Counted from the first letter of the stretch, positions 27,601 to 41,452 are shown. The stretch: DNA of 64,000 bases from Zygnema circumcarinatum SAG 698-1b (GCA_037447605.1 CM074805.1:3009361-3073360), one strand, 5' to 3'. Numbers and translations are program-made. Notes: generated from the letters alone by a model not told the origin.

Positions 27601-28566
27601 TATTCCGTGAACATGCATCGACACAAGCGGAGTCCGGGCATGGATCAGCTTCAGCTCACCCTCCAAGTGGTCAGTGCCAAGCGCAGCATTCAGGGCCGAC
27701 AGGGCGGCCCTCCTCAGGATCCAAGTGAAGCAGACCTCACGCCCGCTGAGATGGCGGAGCTGAGCGATTTCTTCAACCGTCGGGTCACATCAGAGCCCTA
27801 TGATGCCTCGCGGCTTGCCTCTTTTGTGACTTTGGTAACGTTGCCTGTTCCTGTTCTGCATGAGTTTTTGGGGCTCATAATGTGGAAAAAGGAAACTCAG
27901 AAGGAACCGTCAGTGGAAACTTCCAGCTTGGGAGCCCTCAGCATTATTGGTGGAAGTTCTGGTGCTGATGATCGCAACCAGACTTTGTCCAAACCGCGTG
28001 TAGAGCTTTGCTTGGAAAGTAGGAGTGGGCCTGGAGGACTTGGCTTAGGGCCATGGTGGCCTGCCGGAGCTGCCCAAGTGAATGATGCGCTGCCGGGTGG
28101 ACCCCTGCGAAGGCGGAGCAACATTCTTTATGACAGGGAGAAAGGCTGCGTAAAGTTCACTGTGGCCTTTTTACTGGACGGTAGTGTGGTAGGGGCCCTC
28201 AACCACGGAGCCATAGAAGGAGGAGCTGCATGGCTTCCATACTGTGTTGCAGTCCGTCTCAACTATTCCTTTGAAAAGACACTACCTCATCGAGTGAATT
28301 TGTTGGGAGTGGAAGGAAGTCACGGCGGCTGTGCATGTTGGCCCAATGTGGCCGACTGGGAAAAGGTAAAGGAAAAGCTGGCACAGACGGTGGAGCTCGT
28401 AGGAGGAGGGCAGTCGGCGGGAGGGCAGACTTCAGGCGTTCGGCTAAAGATCGTGGCAGAAGCTCTGCAAGCTGCGATTGTGGGCTCTTTGAGGCCGATG
28501 GCGCGAATGTCCTCCTGGAATTCAGGCGGAGCCACAGAGGCATCTCTCCAAGCCCCGCTGCCATAA
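18662..28566 (+). CDS. MED14: Mediator of RNA polymerase II transcription subunit 14
   Basis: LGQQTVSMAAV...LLRLLVVAKWARQ, HDFCFSQAADSLWLLHQELQQARAPIYDVPTAAEVLTTGTYQRLPKC, LTLGYGGTLDHWCIL, RQGRWRDAIKFEL, PYKIRIIFRGQLALDMRCFAGDQVWLQP, EPYDASRLASFVTLVTLPVPVLHEF, WLPYCVAVRLNY all match plant MED14/STRUWWELPETER. Confidence 0.96.
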
Positions 28567-28952
28567 GGGTGGGAAAGTCGCCGGGGCTCCTTCCGTAGTT
28601 TTGTTGCCTGGTGAGGCGGTGCGTGGCAGTCCGTTTGGGAACTGAAACCGAGCAGCTAGAAATAGTGAAGTTTTAAGGTTAGGGTTTTTGAAGGAGTGCT
28701 CATTTGCAAGTGATGCCACAGCCACGCTTAAGGCAGTTCCTCTTGCATGGCTTCAACATGCAGCAGACTGTTGGCCCAGCTTCATGTACAGTGTGTGTGG
28801 ACGCCCGCAAGCTTTAGAGACGATTGGCAGTGTCTTAGATTGCGTCCTTTTCCAATAGTCAGTTAGTTCTGACGGGTGGCGCTTGTGCGTCCTTAAATTC
28901 AAGATCCATGACCTCTGCTTGGGCTCAAGGTGCTTTGTGCTTTGCCTTCGTT

Positions 28953-31900
28953 TTATCTCTTGTTTGGTTCCGTGTTCATCTCCAGCTTTTCCCGATGTGC
29001 ATTTCCAGTTTTTGTGGCGAATGTGACCTTGCGACCTGACCAAGGCTTGAGGAAGGGAAGGGTCAGTATGGTCCAGTGCGGTTTCCATGCAGCTATACAG
29101 TCTCTGTGAAACAGTGTGTTGTTGCCGTGAAGCGGAACAGAAGGTGCTGCTGACAACATGGGAGCACGATGGCCAAGCACGATGGAAATTGTGGCTGTGG
29201 ATGAAATAGAATCACCTCCACGGTGTGAGGGAAAACCGAGGGAAAGGAAAAAACAAAAGGAAAACAAATGCGTGTTATGGCTGTGACCCATGGTGCCCTG
29301 CAACGCGGGGTGCAGCAGGCTGTGCCTATTGCAACTGTCTGCAGAAACAGCATCTCGTGACTTAAGACCTGACTCGTCAGCCTGGCAGTGTCCTGTGCCC
29401 GGTCTCCAATTCTAGCCACGGCCCCCGGCTAGTCTCGTGCTGCCTCCTTTTCACAGTCACCGGAGGCTTCAAGCGTCTTTATTTTAGCCTCGGCATCCTC
29501 CAGTCTCTTGGCCAGCTCCTCGTTTGCAGCGCGTTCTCCGTCAATCAGAGTTTGCACGAGATGGGAGAACCCGAGCAGAGGGACCTTCATCCTGCAACAG
29601 GAAAGTCACATGTTCAATTCACAGAATGAGTACTTGAGTTTTTTGACACGCCATAACGACGTACATAACGACGCTGAGTTACCTGTTTCAGAGTGCATCC
29701 AAGGAACACGCAAAAAATCTCCTGATCCCCTCCCTTGGATCAGGTCACAGTTACCAACGTCAAGGCAGTTCTGGGGAGAAGACTAACCAGACATCAGGAT
29801 TGGGAAGCCTTGAACCAGCAGGTGGGAAAACCTCCTGCATGTGCAACTTCCAGAATTAAATTCCAGATGTACACAAACCCGGTCCATCGTAATTGTGCAT
29901 ATTGATTTATCGGGAACCTATAAGAATCGGTTGTTGCGGGCAAGCCAAAAAAAAAATGACTTACCTCTCGCATGAGCCCAAGGAATGCAAGCATCTGCAC
30001 ATCACGCAACAAAACGTTCATATAGTAAAATTGAAAGGAGAACGAGCAGCGCTTTTGAAACGGCAATAGTTTGCAACCCCGAAAAAAGGGGTAAGAATTG
30101 TTGTTTCTGATACCCGCAAGTTCATTGATGGGATTGGATATCTCTACTGGTGTCGGGTATCACCTCAAGAGAGCTGCCGACCGACAGATCATTAAGATCA
30201 ATGCTACCATCGTGAAGAGTCCGTTGCTCAACTTCCTGCTTGGCAGCGATTTCAGTCATCAGTAACCAACTGACCCGACAAACCTACTGCAAAAGTGTAA
30301 ATTTGCAAATGTTTCGGATGAGCTATTCGGCTGGTTGCATTTCATAAATTGGACAACAAGCTGCTGCGAAATGCCTGTCAAGGGACGAAGAGCTATACAA
30401 AACCTTATAGAATTGCATCCTCCTTGACTCGTATTTCTCGATCGCTCTGGCAATTTCCAAGTCTCCTTCTTCACGCTTTGCCGTAGACGTTCGTGTGGCA
30501 GGGTCAGCACAAAATTCCAGTTCATCGTAATCCATGCTCTTCTTCTTCACGGCATATTCACCGTCCAAACATTTTGCTATGATGAACTGTCAAATGTATC
30601 CACACGCATGTCAAATAAGAAAACCTGACAAAGCGTCTATGAAGCCAAAGAGAATTCAAAACGAAAGCCAGTATAAAAGCGCAAGGAAAACAGTCGGAAT
30701 TTCCCAGCAAGATCAGAGAAACATTACCGCCACTCCAGCTGTTGTGCCCGTGCCTTTTGTGTCTGTCCATTCTCCGCGGAAGGAGCAGCAACGTGGAGCA
30801 AGTCAGAGCCTTGGAAAGAATCCATTGTCGAACTTATCTAAGCCCACGTTCTTGAACCACCAGCTCGTTGAGAGGGGATCATTTAACACAGCATAACATT
30901 CAAGATGCCAAAGTAGTAATGAAAGTGGAAAACACTAAAAGCTTCAGCGCATGGTTGTTGAAGGGCTTCTAATCAAGTGGTCGAACCTGTGGAACCATGT
31001 GTAGAAGCATCTACCAATTCATCGATTTGCGAGCTTTTGGAGACCTGAGCAGAGGAGCCTGAAATCGCCAAAGATATATTCCACGAATGTCGGCATGAGA
31101 ATTGTCACCCGAGAATTTGTCAATCATAAAATAAGTTCCAAAATCTATGGTTAGAACGCTCTGCCAGCAAAAGCACAATATTTTTTGAAATTTGCAAATT
31201 GGAATTGGAGCAAACCATGTTCCCATCGAGTATCATCGATCATTGCTCCTGAGAGTGCCATCATTGACAATTTCATCAGTTGTAGACTCTACGAGCTAAA
31301 GATGATCTCACTCGGTGATGTGAATGCTGTCTCTTTAGCTTCCGAAAATGACTCAGAACGTTCGGATTCACTCTGAAGATTCTTGCGCTTCCTCTTCTCA
31401 ATCTTTTTTTCTCCCCCAACTCGGATCTTGTCTGTAACAGCCAATTCCACATATTTCTGCGAAGGAAGGCAGCCAGAAACCTCAGTAGGGTCTACAAAAA
31501 TGCGAAGCCAAATCAAGCTTACCAAGGCCAGCGGTTTTGCATTACCTTCTTGCTCTGCGGACTTATGACGACCCACTCTTCAGCCAAAATCTGCACGTGC
31601 ACAAAGGGAAACGAGTTGTATGGCTAATACACAAGTCTGCGAACTGGCCGCCATTAGCCATGCATGGAAATATTATTTTTTGGAATCGTCTGTCAGCTGA
31701 AGCTACCTTTGTCACACCAGAGGCCCCCAAATCCGGATTTTTATGCTTGACCCGCTCAAAATTTTCCATCCTGCAAGGCGTATGCAGAAGTCTCAGTTAC
31801 TGGCCTGGCAGGCAACAAGCGATAAGTATAGTCGTAATTTCATGCTAACAACCAAGAATGTTTCTGAGTTTTCTTACTTGAAGAACATGTATGCTGAACG

Positions 31901-34563
31901 TGCTCTCTTGGTGGGTGACTTGAACCCTTGCAATTTCGTTGGTCGCCCTCTCTTCCTTCCCTTCGTCTGAGATGCAGCTTGCGAAGTCTCTCGCTGCCAG
32001 GTTGCTTCGGTCTCGCATTGGTTCGTAGCACCTTTCCTTCCAACGTCATTCGTCTCATCCTCTTTCAAGAACGATACACGCTCTCGCTCGAGCCCTGCGG
32101 CTGCTGTCTCTGCTTCGGTAAATACTAACTGCCGTTTGCTTGCATTTGATTCTTGGTTTTCCGATCCTGCATTCATTAGTTTGACCTCTGCCTTGTTCCC
32201 TCTTTCCTTGCGTTCATGCTCGGCCTTGTGGTTTGACTTACCGGTACGTTCACTGCCCTGTGGTTGGCAAAGGAAAACTACTGAATCAGGAGACTGGTCA
32301 AGCTCGTGAAAAACGATGGCCCGTTCCAAATGACTGGATGTACTGAGAGGAGCTTCAAGCGCAGCTCATTTTTCAAGCACAGCCAAATGGCAGGCGTCAA
32401 ACATTATATCAGCTCTATGAGCATATGGATTGGAAGCTTCGGCTCCACATCTGTGCATATAGGCCGTCCTCAGTACTACAGTTTCCTGCGACACAGAAAA
32501 TCGTTAGAAGGCCTTTTCTGACCTGTTGTTGTTTGTCGTCCATGCCAAAATGCTTCATCCGGCCTTCATCAATTTTCGTGACCGTCTCAAGTTGTTCCGT
32601 GGTTGATAGTACATTGGGCAGTTCGTCTGTGTCATGATCAAAGCAAAATGGCTGTAAGGCATTCGACTTCACGTTAAAGCTAGAAACATCAGAAGCTATC
32701 AATATGTGCAGCAATTTGTGCGTGAGCCTGCACATAAGAAACACGAAGGAAGCAGATATCAAAATGTTCTTGCATGCACTTTACCAGTGCTAAAGGCAGG
32801 GTTTTACCAAAGAAGGTTGTCACACCTGCATTCTTTGGAAGAGACTCGTCATTAGATTTCTCGGTTTCCGAATCAGAGGCCACCCTCTGGCACTCAGCCT
32901 TACAATTGCCACTCTCTGACTGGAAATTCTGCAAGCACATCCAAGTTGGCAGTTTTCAGCACCGTCGGTTTACCTTACTTCTGACTTCAAGACTGTGCCA
33001 GTCTTACTGTGATAGGAAAAGCGGTCACCAAAAATCCACATCGAGGAACAAGCCGCTGTCATTATTGATATCGGCTACAAGTGCAAGTGCAAGTACATGG
33101 AGACTTCACAAAGGAGCTTACTCTCTTCTCAGAAGCGGAATGGCCTTCTAGAACCTCGTCAGGTTTGCAGCTATCATTGGAGAGGTTGGCTACTTCCGAA
33201 ACAGGTTCAAATGCAGGTAAATCACCAACGAACCCCCAAAAGGTCAGTGTTCGAGTTCTGCGAAAAATCTTGTCATTCCATTATGTCCATTTCAACAGAA
33301 TCGCGCTGGCCTACTTGTGGTAACACGTTGTAGCATACAATTTCACAATGAACAAGCGCAACGGACGCTCGGGTGATGGTTTCAGAGCTCAGTCGGAGGA
33401 TTCGAATAGACGAAAGAATAAAAACCTGGGGTTAGTTTCTCTTGGTCAATATGTGTGCTGAATCCAAAGCACGTTTGAGTTTTCCTGATCAACCTACAGC
33501 TGTTTGGTCATTGCTAAGGAAATATAGTTGCCAGATAAAAATACAACCACACAAAAAGATAAAGAACGAGCAAAAAAGAGCTCCAAAAGAATAAGAACGA
33601 GCACATGTGCCTCGTTTGTATTTCCGAAAGTCAACACACTGTCAAGAAACGACACCAAGAGAGTAAGTAGAGTACGTTGTTGACCACAAGCCACCATCGA
33701 ATAGAATCAATTATGCGATTATAAGAAGCACAACCTTGTTATCGGTAACATTTCTACTCACATCCAACATCCACTGAAGGTTTATTTGAATATACGGACA
33801 TCTGTCATCCCTTTGTCAGCAAAACTGCAACCTCCTTGAAATGTTGCAGCCTGCATGCCACTGCTACTGTTCGAGAGACTAGGTTATTTTTTGGTCCTGC
33901 ATACTCGGAATTCGGCTTTGAACCTTTCACAGATTGTACCTGATGTTCCTCCTTCAAGCAAAGTGCCATTCTTATTCTCCCGGTCAACGCTCCCAGAATC
34001 ATCCGAGTCAGAGCTCGAGGTGGATAGTTCGCTGGATTCGCTGAATAAAAATTTGCAAGTAGCAGAATATATTCAGTACAGTGCTGCTGTCAGACAAAAA
34101 GGCGGCTTTTGGACGTGCAAGAAAATAATCCTGCAAAGCCGTTTGCAGATTGAAACGAAGGACCACAATACAATGCACTCACCTTTCTTTCGGAGTGGCT
34201 TTATTTTCTGGAAGATCATTATCAAGGGCATGTTTCACATTTTCTGTAAGAGCGTGGTTCAAATCCTGGCCTTCTTCATTGCACGTTAGTTGCCTTACGA
34301 CAATCTTAAATCCTGTTCTGCTATGAAGGTTCCTCATTTCTTGAGATGATCTCGTTGCAGATCAAAGACTCTAACGCGGCGAAAGAGGAGAGGAGAAGAG
34401 AGGAGCCTTGACTGTGCCAGCTGCTTCTTATGCGCGGCCTGCCTGCCTGCCTGCCTGCTGGAGTCGTCCCGCCCTGCCTGGAGGCCGCCCGCCCGCTCGC
34501 AAGGACCTGCTTCTGCCGGCTGCTTTCAAATTTGCGCGGAGGAGATCGGCGGCGGCGATTCAT
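28953..34563 (-). CDS. HMG-box-containing protein, multi-exon; 5' and 3' extents uncertain
   Basis: Spliced HMG box PTKRARSAYMFFK / MENFERVKHKNPDLGASGVTK / ILAEEWVVISPQSKK / KYVELAVTDKIR at about 31420-31920. Candidate start MNRRRRSPPRKFESSRQKQ at 34563. Further exon-like segments run down to about 29000, including a coiled-coil-like stretch ERAANEELAKRLEDAEAKIKTLEAS. Confidence 0.65.
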
Positions 34564-34730
34564 TCAAAATTTGCGAAGGCGGGATGGCGGGATGGCGGGA
34601 TGGCGGGATGGCGCGGCTTCAAGCCTGACCCGTACAGTCCGTACCATTAATTCGTCCGTACAGTCCGGCCGTCCGTCCGTCCCATGCTCAGGGAGGGACT
34701 CCCGCTGGCGCGGGCAGGGAGGTATGGCGC

Positions 34731-35350
34731 TATAGCTCCGTATGTATCAAACGCGTGTATTAATTAACGCGTGTATTTTCGCGGCTGCTTCTAGGGCTGC
34801 GTTGTTGTGCCTAGGCGTAGTTTTCCGCTCCTAGCTTCGTTTTATTGTGTTTCGGTCCTTTGTGACCAGTCCTTCGTGGTTCCACATTTTGCCTTTATCC
34901 ATGTAAATTTGATGGCCTCGCCATCGCGAGTTCAATGAAAGTTTGCGTTACGTGTATTAATACACTGTATAATACATGCGCAAACATTGTAAATGTTGTA
35001 AACATTGTAAATGTTGTATAATACATCCGTATTATACAACATTTAAAAATACAGTGTATTTTTAATGTATTTAACGTATTTTTTTTATTTTCGTGCTTAG
35101 TTGAACAAAGATTGATTATAATATTGAAATTCCAGCACTTGCCAAGTCACGTCACTTGCCAAACATTCAACACGTGTGACTTGGTCCGTACATGTTGGTA
35201 CACCCCTTTCGTACATAATCTCCGTACGTATCTATGTTCCGATTGTACGGCTGTTAACAGTTGCCTTAAGGTATTATACAGTGTATAATACAGTATTAAT
35301 ACTGTATTATACATTGTATCGAACCTCAAAGTGTATAATACGGAGCTATA
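34731..35350. mobile_element. hAT-type MITE (620 bp)
   Basis: Perfect 13-bp TIR tatagctccgtat / atacggagctata and perfect 8-bp TSD tatggcgc (34723-34730, 35351-35358); AT-rich interior. Confidence 0.9.
34778..34948 (+). mobile_element. 5'-truncated CRE retrotransposon 3' end nested in the hAT MITE
   Basis: 171 bp that I read as identical to the reverse complement of 46013-46183. cgtgtatt occurs on both sides (possible TSD). Confidence 0.88.
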
Positions 35351-35358
35351 TATGGCGC

Positions 35359-35443
35359 TCTCTCTCTCTCCCCCCTCTCTCTCCCTCCCTCTCTCTCTCT
35401 CGCTCTCTCTCTCTCGAAGGCAGGCAGGCAGGCAGGCAGGCAG
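35359..35443. repeat. (CT)n and (GGCA)n microsatellites upstream of ALF4
   Basis: Directly visible simple repeats. Confidence 0.85.
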
Positions 35444-35573
35444 TCGCATCCAGTAGCCGGCATATCCCGATACGATACGATCCTCGAAGCCAGCTGTGAG
35501 CCGTGACATTGCCGCGGCGCGCGCCCCCGCTGGTCTGTGGCGGGCCTGCGCCTGCACGAGGGCGCAGGGCGCC

Positions 35574-38500
35574 ATGGCTGCCGCGACGGAGCTCCCGCAC
35601 TCTGCCGTCGTAGACGCCGCTCGCCGGTGCGCGCTTGTCAGTGCCTCCTTTCCCTCTCGGGTCCTCTAATTTCCCTGTTTTCTTTTCAATCACCTCGTTT
35701 ATTCCTTTTCCCTGTTGGTCTCCTCGCCAATATCTTATAAATATTTAAGTACCCTTTCCCTCTCGATCCTTCCATTGTTTTCACTTTATTTTTTTTAAAT
35801 CTCCCGTCTATCGCGTGTACTCTTCTATTCTACCCTTCTCTCACACTATAAATTTGAATGACCTATTATTATTCACCCCCTTCCATTACATCCCTGTTTT
35901 CTTCTTCTCTTCCCCCACCTCCGCTCCCAGTTCTTGTCTACCTCCTTTTCTGGCAAGCTTGTCCTCTCCTCCTATACGTCCTCACCCTCCTTCGGGTCCT
36001 TATACCTTTTCCCCCTCGTTTCGTTTTTTTCCTCTCCTCCACTCTTCTTCTTCGTCCACCTCTCAGTTTCTCTCTAGTCTGCTCACCTTTGTCTTCCCCC
36101 TCTCTTCCTGTCGTCCGCTTTTTTTACCTCTCTACTTTTTTCTCATTGCGATGACTTTATAAGCTGTGTCAAGTATTGAATTTTTGTATGCACAGGAAGA
36201 ATAAGCATGTGTACGTTGGAATGCGGAGGTTGAGCTCAGGCTGCAGAAGGAGACTTGGCTGAAGCAGCTGCTCAGGAATTGGCGAGCTCTGTCAGCCACG
36301 TCTTGGAGTCCGCATCGCTTGCAAGTCCTGAAGCGGAAGTTGGACTCCATGATTGCTTGATGATTCTGCAGGCCATGCTGGAACCTTCGGTGGCGGCATT
36401 TGAGGTCAGCTGCATGATCTTTACCTTTAAAAGTGTCCAATATTTTATCTACTGCGAACGAGTTGTGAGCTGTTTTTGCTTCAATCACAACGAACATAGT
36501 CGTGATTGAGAATTTTCCCAATAAAAAATTGCTCGTTAAAGCTGTTAATGTGGTTCGTCGCAGGGTTGTGCAGAAAATCTTGCTGAGCGAGCGGGATGGG
36601 ACCTTTTATGCGCCCTTGCTCGCCCTTTCGGGAAGGGCCTGAGCCCGCGCTGCAAAATGGCATGTGGTGCTATCATTGTCGCAATTGCGCACTCCGGCAA
36701 GCCTCGGGAGCTTTTTACCGCCTTTATGGAGGTATCTTGCGGGTTCTGAGCCCCATTAGGTACGCAGTTAGTATCGGCAGCACTTCTGTTGAGCTTACTT
36801 CTGAGCTGCCGAAGTCCCTCTATTGTGCTACTGGGCAATCTTTTTTCAATGTAGAAGTGATTGTTACTTCCCTCCGTTTGGTGCCTCAAATGCCACGGGT
36901 TGCGTCTGCTGCTGCCACGGGTGTAGGGCATTCAGGGATTACTTGAATGTGCCATTGCAGTGGAGCGAAGCAATTTACCTGAAGTAAAGGAGCCATGGCT
37001 TCAGCTGCAATATCTACTTTCGGGTCTTGCTGTAGGTGAGGCATTCTAAATGGGAGCTTCAGATTTACGGGAAGGCGGTGCAAAGTGCCTAATGCCTTTT
37101 GATGCTCAGAAGTGATTGAATAATACAATTGTGATTGATTACGTGGAACTTTGGAATGTGTGACAGTGCTTTCCCGCATTCCACGACGAGTTGATCATTT
37201 CTTTGGCGAAGCAAGAGGACTCCTTGCGCGAGTTGGAAACGTTGTTTTAGAGGAGCTGTCTGAAGGACTTCCCAGCCTTACCATTAATGGGGATCCTGCA
37301 GAATTTGATAAGCAACCCAATGTTGAAAACATCATAAAGGGTCTCGTCAATGTTGCCAGAGTGGTTTCCAATCGCATGGTGGAGACGGAGGTGAGGGTTG
37401 GAAGCACTTGTGAATACAGATAAAAGAGATAGTTCTCCTGTTTTGATGATACATTGTTTGGAAAATGTTCGGATAAGTTTTACAGATGCAGGGGCATTGT
37501 GGTGTTGGGTGTGCTAATGCAAGCAGGGAGAACAAAGAGAACGGTTGGAACGCGAACTGGCACTTTATGCACTGTGTCTCTTGGTAGGGCCAACGATTCG
37601 TTTTTGGACAATGGGTGATGCCGGTTTAAGTTTCGTCACTGAGTTAGCAATTGGGGTCATGGGCTCCATGGCCATGTACCGCTCAATAGACAAAACGGAT
37701 TTTCAAAACAAACATTACGGCTGAGCAAGATAGCAGACTTGGTTGGCTTGCTGCACAGGCTGTAGGTTCACCGATTTGGGGAAGGAGCAGAAGCCATGGA
37801 AGGTCGAGTGTGCCTGGCGGCAATGGAGATGAGAAGGAAGAGCTGATGACAGTGCTATCCTGCTTATTGGATTGCGATATTGACCTGCATGCCCTTCTTG
37901 CAGACCGCCATGGCCGCTTATTGCAGGAGCTACACGAGTTTGCTGCAGGTGATCGCTTATGTGCTGAATGAGTTTTGTTATGTAGTTGCACGTGCAATTT
38001 GTGAAAGCTACCATGCCATCAGTTGCATTATGTGAACATGATTTATTTGGCTGCTTTCTGTTTCCCCTGGAGGCGACGACTTTCCATCAGCAGGATTCTG
38101 ATGATAGCTTTCTGCAGTGCAGATGAAAGTGAAGATATTGAAGAAATGCGAAGGCAACGAAGGGACGAGAAATTGATTGTGCAAGGCGCATCTCTGGCAG
38201 GTGGTTTATTCTCCTCAATTTCCTCCTTGCAACAGCTCCCGCATTTCCGTACTCTTGCATCCCCTCTAACAATCTGTGTGGGAGACACGCAGTTGCCCTC
38301 TCTTTGAGTGATGCACAAGTTGGGCGAATTCTCTCAAGAAAGGCTGCTGCCCATGGGGAGGAGTGTCTTCCTGGAGGTTCATCGGTATCCATGACAATAA
38401 ATTCCAGCGAGGCAGTACAAGCTCTGCGTCTGGCAGTGCCTCTCCTGAGGAATTATAGGCTCGCTGAGGAGGGGTTGGTCCTGGTGGAGGCTGTCATTGA

Positions 38501-40112
38501 GGAAATGAGCCCAGTGGAAGCATCATCCACCGCTGACCTGGCAATTCCTCTGTTTCCAACTCTCCAGGTGGTGCTTTTTCCTCATCCCGCTTGTGCAGGA
38601 GTGAAAGATGACTGTTCAGTCATGGTTGGTTTGGTCACAGGCTCTTACAAACTGACTTAGGAAAGGGTAGGATGCTCTTGCAGGCTTTACAAGAGGCCCT
38701 CCTTGTTTCTCCTCCGCAGCTTGGGAAACGCTACTTTTCCGCTCTGCAGAAGGTTGTCTTCTCCCAACTCTCCTGTTATTGGAGCTCATAGTAGCTTTCT
38801 TTTGTTGCTCAAGGCTAAAATCACACGTGAACGATTGTCCATGTCTTCCATTATCGGCTATGACAAGGCATGCCTATGAGGGCTGATAAGGCGGGGGAAA
38901 ATCTATAGGAATCTTCCTTCTGTATCTGAAGGATGCAATTGGTCAACCAATGCCAGAATGTGGTCTGGAATACTTGTCTGAAGTTACGCAAGTTCGCCTG
39001 CTGCAGGTCCTAAGAAACGCTTTACCGTCGCATGCACGGATGGACGCCCTGGAGGCTCTGATTGCCAAGTGCAACAATCCGATGCTGGTGAGAGGATCTC
39101 TTTGGTAGATGGAACTTTCATTTCGACAGTGCAAGGAGAGCGGAAGTCAGTCGACTGTAACAGTATGCTTTAAGTTGACAACTATGATTTTAGCCTCCTT
39201 GTCTATGTGCAGGTGTCTCTCCTGCTGATGTTCGCGAAAGACGAGGCACTGACGGAATGGCCAGAGCCGGGCAGCCATGAATGTGAGCTTGAAGTTCAGA
39301 AAAGTGCCTTCGCTAGTACTCGGCTGCTACACCTCATTGAGGAGACTCTTCGGCCGTCAGATGCTAGACCACCAATTCTTCCTGATGATGCAGATGCGGT
39401 GAGGGCTAAGTCTTCCGCCCCGATGGAAACTTCGGAACTGCAAAAATATCATTACTTTCTCTCCGTCATCCTCGTTTGGGTAATGAACACTCAATCTATG
39501 ATAAGCGAATATCAGCCACAGATTCAGGAGCCCAGAAAACTGGAGCCCAGACAGTTTTCACTGAACCTAATGTTGTCAGAATTAAGGTAAACCAGTGATT
39601 CAGATGGCTTTTGCTTGCTGAAAAGTAATTCGATCTGTGCAGATCCTTGGCGCGCTTAATGTATACAGATTCCTACTGCTTCGCGAGATTGCAGGTCAGT
39701 ACCCCATTAACCAACAAGCTCATATCAATGGTCAACGAAAATGTGCATGCTGATTCGACATGGCTCAGCAGCAAAGACTGACCGTGGGTAGTTCCGCTAA
39801 CTTCGTACTTCTCTTGACCCTCCAGGGGGGTCCAACCACACACAGTGCAGAACAGCCGGATGGCTCTCAAAAGTGCGCAACCAGTGGCTGCTCCCTTTGC
39901 GCCACCTGGCAGGAGCAGCTGCAGAGCAGCTCGCGGCAGGCGAGCAGCGGGAGGAGAGCGAGGCGCTTCTGATGAGCGTGCAGGCAGTGGCCAGCGTGGT
40001 GCACCGCTGTCTGCAGATAGTAGAGGCGGACATGGAGCAGAGCAGCCCCTCTGCGGTGGGGGGAATGGCAGCGCCACATTCTGCGAAGCCACAGGATGGG
40101 GAACGCAGTTGA
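35574..40112 (+). CDS. ALF4: Aberrant lateral root formation 4 / glomulin-like protein
   Basis: AGWDLLCALARPF...SGKPRELFTAFME, LSRIPRRVDHFF, and C-terminal WLLPLRHLAG...VQAVASVVHRCLQIVEADM resemble ALF4/glomulin (PRD/EM...E motif; LYRCIELVEE-like tail). The start context is gccATGG. Confidence 0.8.
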
Positions 40113-41431
40113 GTTGGGCTCCAACAGAATGGTCGCTCGTAGTGTTTGTCCAAGGACGTCACACCTTGATGTTCTTTTTGTGGGGAACGAATGCTCTTTG
40201 CTCCACATACTATTTGGCATGAACGAGGTTATGACTTGATTGGGAAAAAACCGTTACAGCTTGGATTACGTGGATGCCGGCGCTGCTGTCGCCCTGTTGA
40301 TCTCATGGGAAAGGCACGTATCTCGGAAATTTCCCAATGGGCACGGGACGATTGTCGTTTGATTGGACACATGCACTGGCACGATCTAAAGCAGCAGTGG
40401 CCTCATGCTGTCGCACTCTTAAACAAGAAGTCTATCGCACTATGGGATTTACACGGTTTTTATAAGGAACTAAGTACCAAAACCGTACCGTGGTAATTAG
40501 TTCTATCATGTTGAGGCCCACAGTGCGACGCTTCTACCAAGGTGCGACAGACGTCCCATAGTGCGACAAACAGAAAAACCAGGGTAGTAACTGCTGGCAA
40601 TCCATTACCGTACTTCGACAAGCTCCAATCGTCAATATACCTGCCACCTCTCGCCGACCTAAGGGTGCGTTTTCATGGCCCAACTTTTTTCAAATTCGTC
40701 AACTTTTGCGGACGTTGTACCGTCAGCAGCTGAAGTTCAGCCGTTGCAAAGCTTCCTTTCGGAGGTTCAAAAGCTCTCCGCCCGAGGTAGTCGCCAACTC
40801 CCGAGCTTCAACCAGCGGACCAAAGCTGCACTGCCCGCGAGCACGCGCCTAACACCCAATCCTTCCAACTTTGATGGCCGTCCAATATGAGCAGGAAACG
40901 TACGGTAGTTCCAGCCGCGAACACATCCCCCCCCTGGCGAGCGGACGCGCAGGGGCCGCGGGCGCGGCAGTCAACCGACGCGGACGAGAATGTACGGAAT
41001 GCTGGCGGGGCCGGGGAGGACCGCCATGTCGTGACGTCACGGGGGAAGGAAGGGCCGTGGCCACTCGTCCCCGGCTCCAGTTCCAAGTTCCGACGAGAAC
41101 GACGAGTTCCGTTCCTGGGGACGGACCGCGGCAACTGAAAGGGATCGGACCAACGGGCAACCATTGGTTCATGAATCATGACCCAGCCAGTCATTACCAA
41201 TGATTCGATGCCAATGGTTGCCAGCCAACCAACCAATGGCTGTGAACCATTACACGGCCAGCCATTGCTAACCAATGATTGACCAATACGTGCCGACTCA
41301 ACGTTCCGAGCTTTTCGGAACCGCCGGCAACGTCCAAAACGACAAAAGTACTGTACAACGGAACCACCCTTTTGGCGGTTGCTTGCGCCGCCCGCCCCCG
41401 CTCCGACAGTCGATCCGTCGTCAGCTGGCTT

Positions 41432-41452
41432 CACGTCACGTGACGTGACGTG
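41432..41452. promoter_or_regulatory. Cluster of four ACGT (G-box/bZIP-type) cores about 600 bp upstream of the SemiSWEET-like gene
   Basis: cacgtcacgtgacgtgacgtg is directly visible; function is inferred only. Confidence 0.35.

Noticed and set aside
40405-40572. Imperfect inverted repeat built from catagtgcgac motifs
   Set aside because: Possibly a decayed MITE, but no clear termini or TSD.
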